DNA of 64,000 nt from Raillietiella orientalis (taxonomy: Eukaryota), in NCBI GenBank assembly GCA_036172245.1, contig JAYWIR010000001.1, positions 9,238,001 through 9,302,000 on the forward strand. The letters run 5' to 3'. A program made the translations under genes and the position numbers. Shown here one piece after another: positions 38,401 to 49,724 of the stretch (position 1 is the stretch's first letter; each line of letters starts with the position of its first letter). Below the pieces are notes generated by a model that did no database searches, was not told where the DNA came from, and was given only the letters and a program-made list of their open reading frames with translations.

Positions 38401-41340
38401 AAATCACACAAAACTATGCTTTACAAACTTTTCACGGAGTTTGAACTGTTTTTGAACTATTCAAAGAGTCACCTTTCCGTTTTCATTATAAAATAAAAGG
38501 CACTGACATGGGGTATACATATTTTTTGGGGGTGGGTGGGGAGGAGACATTCATTCAGGAAATTGTTAAATTGCTTTCTTTCTCATTGGCTTCGGAAAAG
38601 GAATGTTTTAAAGTCTTTGGAACGTATGAAACATACACCTATTTGCCTATTAACGTTTGATTTCTGAATGTCTTCATTTATATGATTCAGATACGATTGC
38701 GTACGCCCAAATTGCGTTTGAATCCTTCGTTGGTTTAGTAGTAACTGTTAGTCGCTACTAAGTTCGTAAAAGTGCAACAAAAAAATAAATAAATAAACTG
38801 GTATGAGAACGGTCTCATGAGTCTCCAAAGGCAAATAGGAATTGAGAAAATGCAATAGTTGAAGGGTTTTTCCAACCTTGATTTTAGAAGACTTGGAACA
38901 TGGAAGTGAAGCTGTACATTTCTATGCTCGAAAATTTCGTTATACATATATTTCGATACAAATGATTATGCAGTGTTCAAGGTGGTATTCCCTGGCTATG
39001 AGTGTACAGAATGCCATTCACGTCTCCAGCTGAAAGTGTTCTTGTACGTCTTGCTGCTGCCTCGCATACGGAAATTCCGATTCAGCGTCATTTTTTTCCG
39101 ATTTTCGGAATGTTTATGGCATTACGAGAGGGATGAAGATGGCAGATCCCCCACAATTTGTGCACTTCTTTGTGCATCATCCCCTGCTTCGGTTATCACG
39201 GATTGTGAAACACATCGGTATCTAAGGGAATGGAAGCTTTGACTTTTTTTCTTCCTGCAAGACTGAACACCTTCTGATAAGAAGCTGATGTATCACAATA
39301 AAGGAATTCATTGAAATGGTTAAAATTTCTATTTTTTTCTAGTATGACATTTCGGAACAATCTCTAGATGACGTATAAAAACCTTTTTGATGCTTTTTTT
39401 CTGTAAGATAGACGTTAAAAAAAAAAAAAAAGAACAAAAAAGTGCGAAGGTGGGATAGAAAAACGGACTAAGAAAGCAAAAGATGTATCATTTCTTCTTC
39501 TTCTTCTTCGAGAGAGAGAAATGGTGACAAACGAAATGCACTTTCCTTTCTGTTAAATTGGAGAGTACACATTAGGAAGCAAATAAGAAGCCATCAGTGG
39601 TGCACAGGAAACGAAAATTTCCTCTCTCTCATGGAAACACGAAATGGGAAGGAAAATAATGTTCACCATGGATTCGTATCCGAAGAATGTGGAACCACAT
39701 GAGCATTTATGAACGGAAATTCTTAAGAACCCAAAGAAAACTGTTCCAAAGATGGTTACAACTAGAAGATCGTTCTGCCTTTGCAGGAAATTAATAGATT
39801 TGTATGATGAAGACTGACGGAAGCTGAGAAATATACGAATACACATGCAAAAAAGTTACAATCATGCGATTAGAGCTTTAATTTGGAGTATTCAATGGAT
39901 AACTTTCGTCTGAGGTCAATTCACGCTACCGGGAAGATTTGTGACCACATGTTCTTCGAAACAAAACACACACAAAAAAAATGCACTATACAAACCACCG
40001 ATCGTTTTCATGCATCATCACAAAAACATACTTCCAGAAATACCGAGAGGAAGGACCAGGAATACGCTTCTACTTCCAGAACATTAAAAACAAATCGATG
40101 TGATGTAACCAACGATTCAAATTTCATAGTTAAAATTACCATTAACGAGTCAATAACGATAACGCTAATTAGAAAAGTGAGGAGGATATACAACAAAAAA
40201 AAAAAAAACGCCACTACGACTGCGTCATCTTCCTAATTTTCAAAATCCAAAGAAATTTCATTCTTAGTTGCTTTTACGTATAGCACTGTACATTTTTGGA
40301 AGGATTCGTGCACGATTCTGACCAAGAACGTGTCGGCATTCCTTATATTTTGCTCGCTAGCAGCGTGGTGGAAAGCATCAACCACGCAGGGAGGGGGGTG
40401 CGTGGACCACCTCGGGCCCGGAGGACGCTACCGCAGCCGCGCTGCTTGCCCTGGGCGCAAGGCAGTGACCGGACACGCTGGGGCCGAGCAAACAGACAAA
40501 AACCGCACCGTTAGCTGGTCAGCTACGTGCGTGGTCAAGGTGAACCGGCAGAATCGTGAAGAATGAATTCCACGAACGAGACACTTGGAAACATGTGGAC
40601 AATGACCTTTCACTTGAATGAGAAAAAAACGAAAATGCACTGGAGCTGCTGCGAAGACTCTCTTTTTTTTTCCCCTCTCCCCTACTAAGGTTGCTCTCGA
40701 GAACTAATCCAAATAGATTTACTGTGTGTTTAAGGAAAGCGTTTTCAGGAATTCATACAACGAAAATATCCTTCTTTTTTTTGTTTTTTCTTTTTCCGTT
40801 TGCTCTCTCGAAAAGATCCATTACATTAGACACTGCTAGCATGCAAACAGCAATACTGGTGATACCTCTTGAAAAACAGAATCGATTCTCCGCTTATTTA
40901 ATTTGACGCGGTTCCATTATGCTAACTAGACTGCTGACATGATGTAAAAGAATATCTTTACATACTCCAAAGATTGCTAGCACAATTCGTAGGCGTGGTG
41001 ACATACAAAGCATCAGGTTTACAGCAGAGACTTGGTACAAAACGAGAAATTTCTACGCCATGAAGCTCCAAACACGGCTCAGGTAGAGTACACATGCGAC
41101 CGAAATTTGAACTTGGATTATCGAGCGGGAAATTTACAAAATTTCACATTTTCTTCAAACAGAAAAAAAAAAAAAATACGAAAGTTACCACTTGTAACAG
41201 CCATCTCCAGCAGTTATGGTATAATTTACTGTTTGAAATGAGCCGTAAGGTAGTAACACTCTGGGAACAGGTAACTTTGAAGATTCCACAATAAACATAC
41301 TTGAGTACAAAGAACACAGGAAGGCAACTTTCAAATACAT
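23471..41340 (-). CDS. Nup210: Nuclear pore membrane glycoprotein 210 (gp210/Nup210)
   Basis: Exon 1 41340-41189 (signal peptide then KLPVPRVLLPY...ITAGDGCYKW). Then 34478-34342, 34191-34060 (CNVIVDVIDSIRIKTTTRELYLEESPEAFQVSAFDKQG), 31763-31516 (NEFSTLDGFIFDW), 31062-30933, 30871-30762, 30717-30523, and about 22 more GT-AG exons that I followed in frame (FSGGPRPW, GKKFDNFTSF, HGGSGYF, PFSFGSASPP, FHDQSGEIFHS). C-terminal TM (ILPLLSIITVFAALYIG), short Ser/Pro tail, TAA at 23473-23471. Confidence 0.95.
37077..39262. repeat. 280 bp near-perfect inverted repeat (arms 37077-37356 and 38983-39262) in Nup210 intron 1
   Basis: The arms are reverse complements with 4 mismatches by manual comparison. 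The ORF track shows the same spurious peptide on opposite strands (37061..37357 - and 38973..39242 +). Confidence 0.95.
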
Positions 41341-44323
41341 GTTTCCCCTAGAACGGACACTGCACTCGTTAAGCTCCACCATGCCGAGAACCAAATCCAA
41401 AATGCGTAGGATTGCCAAGTGTATCAAATGTTTTGTAAATTTAGCTTCTCATAGAAAACACTCTTAAACATACACATTGAATTCCACTAAACAATAACGA
41501 GAAACGGCATCAAAAACTTCATAAAATAAATTTTATCTAAAAATTGTTCATATTATCTAAAATGATAATAAAAAAATAAATTTAAAATTCCGTATTCTCT
41601 ATGGTAGTCTCATCATACAATTTTAATCTTTCCCTTTCCAACAATAAAATAATGCTGAATGTAAGTGTGTGTGATTCAGAAACATCTAATACCTTGAGAA
41701 TAATAACTAAGCCATTAATGTTTTTAATATGTTTTGCTACTTTAAATTTCGAAGAGCGTAGTCATAAACTGTGCTTCAATGTGCGTTTTCCCACCCGGGT
41801 GCGCCGGGGCGTTTATTGAAAACTGCAATGTGCGTTAGCCAGTTTAATGTAAAACGTATCGCTTTCACCTCCAATGCATTCAGAATACTTGCAAAAAAAT
41901 ACATATTAATGAAGGACATCAAGTATTTTATTTAATCACAGTTAGCATCCAATACATCGATTTCAAATTCGGCATAATTTCAAAGTACTGACAGCATGAG
42001 TATATAAATATGTATGTGTGCGTTTACGTAATAGAAAATTGGTTATTGCTCAATAAAATGCAGAAATTTCAAAGATATATATAGTCCTATTCAATAATAA
42101 ACGCGTGCGTGTTTAAAGAATAATATGCAACAAGAAAGTCCTAGAAAAAGTTTAAAAAGCAATTTCTTGATTAGATTATCACAGCAACTGTATTATTCTT
42201 AAACACACTGTATTTTTCGAACAGTTCCTATGACGTCTTTTCACTGATTAGAATTACTCTTTTTCTGCGAGTTTTGCTAAAAATTTCAGAAAATCATTTC
42301 GAACAATTTTTTTGATTTGATACATTCCAGTAATACCGATTCTTCGTGGTTGATTTTCAAAGCTCTGGCCAAGCTATTAAGAATCACAAGACCAATAAGA
42401 TAAATCATATGAATTAAAAGTACAAGTTTTGCTGCACTTGAGGAGTAAAAAGAAGGATGTTTATATAACTTCAATCACCGAGCAAAGCTTTTTCTATGCA
42501 GACTTTTCTTTATGATCTTCCCAATGATGGATACTTTTTGGAAACATGGATGTGAATTATTCCGGATATTAATCTGTTTCTGAATGTCTTTCAAAATCTA
42601 TCACTGAAGATTTTGAAATAAAGTAATGTTTTTAATGAAAGGGTTCACGTTTCATTCAAGTTTTACAATAGATATGCGAATCATTTTTTCCATTTCTTAG
42701 CATCAAAATCTGATGATGAAATTAAATTAAATGATTAAGTATGCTTTAATTTAGTAAATTTAGATTTCTTTCAAACCTTTGACAGTGAAAGTGGAGTTTT
42801 TCTCAATAGTTATAAATAAGTACACAGGTTTCTGGCAGATCGCTCTCTTTCTAAATGTTTGACTCCATGTATACATGATTTCTTTGAAAATTAGTGGTCA
42901 AGTACTACAGTACACTTCATACCTGTTTACTGATAAACAGGCGGCACATGTGTGCATACAAAGCTATTATAATCAGTTTAGGGTCTTCAAAAATATCCCT
43001 TTATATTCTAATTTCATTTATGACGCTTATTGATCATTCAGCTAATTTTTCAAGGATCAGATTTTCCTACTGTGGTTATAAGCTTCGGTGGGACTGCCTT
43101 GCTGTTTAAGTTATGAACTGTTCCGAAGTAGATTTGTAATTCAACTCTTAGGTTCTCAATTTGCAAAGAAATCCCCAGACTATTATTTTATGAACTGCTT
43201 TTCAGTCTTCTAACCCAAACAGACAAAAATACTTTTCAGAAATTGGTGCAATCAAGTGAGGAGAAGAAAATAAAGATGAAAAAAATGAAGTCCACATACA
43301 AACAACAATCCATGTATATCATTAAATTTTTCAAGAGCCATAAGTAGGTATGAATTGTTTATGACGATATGGTTTATACTGTACTCGTACAGTTAGGGAG
43401 TAATATCCAAAGTTTTATTTGATTATTTGTTGGTACTGGTAACATAAATACTGTTTATTCGAATGAAAATTTTATGCTTACACTTTTAGAAAAATTGGTA
43501 TCATATATGTATGTGCGCTTATAAAATACACGAATCAGATATACGTGCGTTTGTGTGCGTGCGTGGGAGTTTTCAAAATAATAGTGCACTTGAGTGTATT
43601 TATTACTTCTGCCACTCGTTCCATTCCTTGGTTTCATATCTTATAAGTGAATCAAATACCCAACTGAAGATGATGGCTCGGAAGAAATACGAATTCCTTT
43701 GAACAATAAAAAACAACCAAAAAACTGAATTTAATAAGAAAGAAATTGTATGGCATTCGTGTGAATGGTCTGGAAGTTAGGAAGAGTACTTTTTTTTGAA
43801 ATATTATGAGAAAAAGTACATTTAATGCATGTTGATAAAAGAATGATATATATTTTCAGATAAAATGATGAAGTATACACTGAATCATAATAACTGAAGT
43901 CTACATGTCCAAAACTAGAGGTAATAGATGTAACAGAAACGTAGCTTTCTTGCAACCACAAATGTATGTTTTAGATTAACAAAAGCTGCAGCAAGCAGTA
44001 AAAAATTTATGGTTCTATTGACGCAGGAGCAGTTAAACAAATTTTTCACTGTAAAAATGTTTACAGCTGAACCTTATGCATGCTGAATATTGTATCACAT
44101 TGCTTTTGAGAAGACAGGACATTGAATTTTTTATTTCAAAAGTATTCATATCAAATATAAGTCTCTCATATGAAGTTAGCAAAAGGATGAAGGTATAAGA
44201 GTTCTTCTCAGAGAATAAAATTCTTATAGGATTCTTATGTAATTAGATGTGGAACTGCATGAAATCATGAATGAGTATGTGGAATCGTTAAACAATTCTG
44301 AATTTCGGAAACAGACATCTTTT

Positions 44324-47300
44324 ATGGATTCAAATTTTGAGAAAAGACTTTTTAAACAACAAAATGAACCAAATGAATTCCCTAAATTATTTGCCAGTGA
44401 CCTGACACAAGAAAATGTATGTATCCAAATAAACCTGTTGCTTGTAAAATAAGTTCATTTGTTTGGTTCATATTGCTTGTTGTAATATCAAGATAAATTA
44501 TCTGTAGCATATGAATTATTTGTTTCAACCAAATTTTTCATATTCATTATACTAGCAATGATAAGTTTAATATCTCACTGTATGATTAGTGTTGTGTTGA
44601 TCAGTTTTCATTTCAGTCAAAATTAACAACTCCAGAAAAATGCAAAATTGCTGGAGATCGTTTTATACCCACAAGAAATGGTGCAACATGGAATTTAAAT
44701 TTCAATCTGTTTCAGGTAAAGTTTTATTTCAAAGTTTTGTGTCAGGATCATTGGTATAAGTGTTATGTTTCCATGTTCAAGTTATTTTCAAGTACATATC
44801 TATGTGTCTTTCATCCTATATATATATGTAGTAAATTTTAAGGACCTTAAAAAGCAGAAATTCCATCAAACGAGAAATCAAAATTACAGTGATGGACATA
44901 ATCAATATAGTTTTCCTTGAGAGCTATCAAGGAAAAGGCACAGTAGAATTTCTTAGTATTCTCTTTAGTATTATAGTATTCTCCTAGGTCATTATACTTA
45001 TGTCACATTATGTGGTCATATTTTGAAGGTGCATTTCATGATTACTTAGAATTTGGGGTTAAATGCTAAGAAATTGATTTTGTGGCTCTGCATTTTTTTT
45101 TGCTGTTGAAATCTCATCTTGGATTATCATTGACTGTTCCTTTGTTCATCTGATTTTGGGGTACTGTAATTGGAAAACATCAGATATATTTTGACCTTTT
45201 TGTTGATTAGGCTTTTCTTTATTAGTTTTCAATTTACACTGCTTAGCATTGGATACTGGATTTCTGTTGCAAATTATGACTTGATTGATTTCATGTCATT
45301 ATAATGTGAATTGCATTTTGGAGTAAGTGGTAGCTACGAATATTCCTTTTGAACAGTTGTTAATTTTGCTGGAATTAGGTAAGTCGCTTAATAAAGTCAA
45401 CTGGATTTAACAAATGATATTATTATTATTTTTAATATGAATGAGAATATCCTAAAATATTGTCTAAACCAAAGAGATAATTTATTAATTAGGTTTGAAC
45501 ATAAATTTTAAAATTCGGAGTTTTCAGGCTATCATGAAACATGAAAAATATATTGAAGATGATAGAAAAGGAGAACAATAGCAGAATTTTCTATTGAGAT
45601 TTTGTCACAGTAATATGCTTTTATAATTATTTCGGAGATGCCTTGGAGGTCAACAATTGAAGCTGTATATTTGGCATATTGTATTCACTATTGCAGAAAA
45701 CCCTTTGTGGATTTTGTGTTTGAGGAGTTCAGGTTTTTCTTAGGCTGTACATTTTTTAAATCAGCACCTTATGTGACTGTACTGAGTTTGGATATTTCTC
45801 ATCCTTGTTTTTGGAGCGTGTTCATGTTTTGTAGTCTATGTTGTTCTCATTGTAAAATTAGACTAGTTGTTTTTGAATTATAAGAAGCTTCCAAATTCTT
45901 GGTGCACAAAGATGATGCTTGCACATATTGCATACTGTAAGTAAAAAAAAATGTTACAGAAAACGATAGTTCTCTAATTACAAGGAAAATTATTTATGTG
46001 CTGAACTATCCAGTATACTTAAGATTGCAAAAATCGTATGTTAAAGGAAAGGTTCCAAGAAAAGCATTTAGAATGTAAGGGAAAAAAAAGTGAAATTGGA
46101 ATGCCTTTTAATATGCAATATTATGTTGTTTTGAAGTATTTATGTATCGATTATATATGATTTGAAGTATCAGTTGTTTTTTATATCTTAACTCAAAGCA
46201 TAAAGGAATATTCAACTGTTTAAAAGTTGTAAGGCGGTATTTCAGTAAATATTAAATATTAAAAGTAGTATCAGTAAATATAGAAAATTTCGCTTCTAAT
46301 TTTCGTTGTATTTATCTTTGTTCCAGTTTTATTTTAGTTTCAGTTTTACTGGAATGAGTGTGTGTTGATTAAGTACATGAAATGGAGACAGATTAAAACA
46401 AAAATAAGTGAATTTGTGCATTGATTCATTAATTTTTAAACATAGGAAAAACAGCAACTTAATCCTGTACGAACTAAAAGAACAAGAGATACAAATGTTG
46501 AAAATCGTGAACTTTCAATATACAGTTGCCTTTTGAAGAATGAGCTTTTGGGAGCACGAATTGAAGATCCGAAGGAACATAATGATGATAGAAAAATATT
46601 AAGCCCCACAAAAGATCATAATGTATTTCAGGTATGCATGTTAGTTTGCTCAAGGCATATAGCCTGCCAAATCTATTAAGTATGCTCTTTAAATACCGAG
46701 TAGAGTAATATTCTCATTGGTTAGTGTTGTTAATGAATGGTTGCAATTGATTTCCTCACTGGATAATTTTTATATTTTCAACATAAGTTCCAGATTCAGA
46801 AAGCTACCTCCACATATCCCTTTTCACCATATTCTTTATCACCTGTCTCAAGTCCTAGCCAAAAATTGTTGAAGTCTCCAAGGAAGGCTTCAAGAAAAAT
46901 TTCCAAAGTTCCTTTTAAGGTAGGTTTCCATGTTACAGTTGTGAGATGACACATAAAGTAATAAGAAATCTATGTGCTTTGATATTCACCACGTAGCTCT
47001 GTCAGTTATCAATTAGTTGTCAGTTATCAATCAAGATACATGTAAGTTTTGTTACTTCGTATAGCATCATAGGAGAATGTCATAAAATATTGTCAATTTC
47101 TTTTTGTAGTCAAGGATCAAAATGAATGTCTGATGTATTATATTAATGTGTATATATCCTCACAGCTCATAATTGCAAATTTATCGAGACCATTCCAATT
47201 GGAATTGATGTTAATTTTTATCGAGCAATTAAGTTAAAGGAAATCGTAAATATAATTTCTTTGTGTTTTTGATGGCCTTCTGGATCTTGAACTTCTGATT

Positions 47301-49312
47301 AACTTAATAATTTTTCATGCTTATGTTTGGGAAAACTAGGATTTCGTATGAATTATGATTCTCACTTTATAAATGGAGTGTTTATAGTTTCCAAATCAGA
47401 AGCTTGAAGTTTTGATAGGAGTTTTCCATGTTTTTATAATCATGTCTGTTCAGGTCAGGCACATTTGTCCTTAAGAACAAATATATTGCTTTATATTGTG
47501 AAAAACTGAATTTATAAGTATTTGCTATTATACTTCAAAAATCAAGTCAGTATTATAGCTAACAAATATATTTTAGAAAAATAGATTGTTTATTTAAATT
47601 AAATACAATGAATTGTGTATTAATTATGTAAAATAAGAATAAGTATCGTTGTGTATTTTTTGTTTTCATTAAATTGGCTGAATTGCGATAGCCAACATGT
47701 TTTTTAACAGTAAGAAATTTTGATTCTAACAATTAGATATTTTCTCAGAAATTTGCTTTAATAACTCAACATTCAGACCATGAAATAATTTTTACAATTA
47801 TCTAAATCTTTAAAAATACTGTGCTTCAGGTTTTAGATGCACCTGAGTTACAGGATGATTTTTATCTTAATTTGGTAGATTGGTCTAGCCAAAATGTTCT
47901 TAGTGTGGGATTAGGAACCTGTGTATACTTATGGTCAGCATGTACTAGTCAAGTGACAAGATTGTGTGACCTTTCAAGCGAAGGAGATAGTGTTACATCA
48001 GTAGAATGGTCAGAAAGGGTAAATATAACGAAAAATATGACATGAAATACAGAAGTGTAAAGGTGTTGAGTATTTCTAAACTCAATGCTTCTATATGCAT
48101 GTAACATGCAATTAAAAAGGAATTGGAAGCTAAACTGCCAATTTTAATTGAAAAAGTTCTATTAAGTTGATTTCTACAATTTGTCATAAGTAAAACATGA
48201 ATATCTTTGATATTAAAGAAAGATGTAGTTACTTTAGCAGATAAAAGCGGACTTTTTTGAGATGTAAAGTAAATCTATAATCACGTTTCGATTGCAAGTT
48301 TTGCCATTAAAGAATTTTTATGTTTTGGTACTGATTACTTAAAAGCATTATCCACAAGGGCAATTTGGTGGCTGTTGGCACTCATAGAGGATATGTACAG
48401 ATCTGGGATGCTGCTATGAATAAGAAGGTTAATATTCTCGAAGGCCACTCTGCTAGAGTTGGTGCACTGGCATGGAATGGTGATATACTATCATCAGGAA
48501 GTCGAGATCGCCTTATTCTTCAAAGAGATAGTCGCACTCCATTTTCCATTCCAGAAAGAAGGTTAAGTGGGCATCGTCAAGAGGTAATATTATACTTTTG
48601 CTGCTAGAAATTAAGCATTTACTAGGTATGTGGGTTGAAATGGTCACCTGATAGTCAGCATTTGGCATCTGGTGGGAATGATAATAGGTTATTTGTTTGG
48701 AATTTACATTCTTTGAATCCAGTGCATACGTATACAGAACATATAGCTGCAGTAAAAGGTAAATCCTTCGCATTGTCATGTTATTACTTCTTTGTTTCAA
48801 CAGCTATTGCATGGTGTCCACACCACCATGGGTTATTAGCTAGTGGTGGAGGTACTGCTGATCGTTGTATACGTTTTTGGAATACTTTAACAGGCCAACC
48901 AATGCAGTGTGTTGATACAGGTTCACAAGTGTGCAACCTGGCATGGTCTAAACATGCTTCAGAATTGGTAGTGATTTTGCAGATATTATTTGTAATTAAC
49001 AGTGTTTTTTCATTTAGGTCAGTACACATGGCTATTCACAAAATCAAATTTTGGTTTGGAAATATCCAAGTCTTGTGCAAGTAGCCAAGTTAACAGGTCA
49101 TTCTTTTCGTGTATTGTATTTGGCAATGTCTCCGGATGGGGAATCTATAGTCACAGGAGCTGGGGATGAAACATTGCGATTTTGGAATGTTTTCAGTAAA
49201 GCCAGATCCCAAAAGGTATTGGTGATATTCATAGCATACGCTGTAATTCTATGTAATTCTTATTTTTTAGGGTACAAAATCTCCCCTGAATATGTTTACC
49301 AGCATTCGATGA
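44324..49312 (+). CDS. fzr: Fizzy-related / Cdh1 WD40 APC/C coactivator
   Basis: Exons 44324-44416, 44617-44715 (C-box DRFIPTR), 46446-46631 (LLKNELLG), 46788-46919 (SPRKASRKISKVPFK), 47830-48018 (VLDAPELQDDFYLNLVDWS), 48359-48583, 48626-48758, 48804-48967, 49018-49215 (RVLYLAMSPDGESIVTGAGDETLRFW), 49271-49312 (IR tail, FTSIR*). Total 1461 nt = 486 aa. An in-frame upstream ATG at 44267 could add 19 aa. Confidence 0.97.
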
Positions 49313-49718
49313 AAAGTCAATTGAAATTTTCTGAACCTTTTTCATTTTCTGTTTTTGGTTTGATATGTTCAATTTTTATAGAGTATAGCAGATTTCTATT
49401 TTTTTTTTTTTTTGCTGTTTTTGGCAAGATCGTCAAGAACTGTGTAAAAAGTCTATATCTTTGATAAATATATACTTCGTATAATTTCATAGATTAGTAT
49501 TTTTAATATAGTGCTTGTAATTTTGATAATGTTAAATTTCGAGAATTCAATTTATTGTAATTAAGTCAATTACGAAGAGGATGATTTTATATTGCATCAG
49601 ATTGCAATCAATGTCGTGGACTTGGTGTTACATGAAACTGAAGTCAAATGTGTGCGCTGTTCCTAGTTTTTTAAGATCAGTGGAAATAATTAATTGTTCC
49701 ATTACTTCATGAAATTTC

Positions 49719-49724
49719 AATAAA
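49719..49724 (+). promoter_or_regulatory. Candidate polyadenylation signal of fzr
   Basis: AATAAA about 400 bp after the stop codon, followed by a T/GT-rich tract. Confidence 0.45.

Noticed and set aside
37061..39242. Duplicated small protein gene (VFPGYECTECH...)
   Set aside because: Non-ATG starts and no splice or domain support; it only reflects the inverted repeat.
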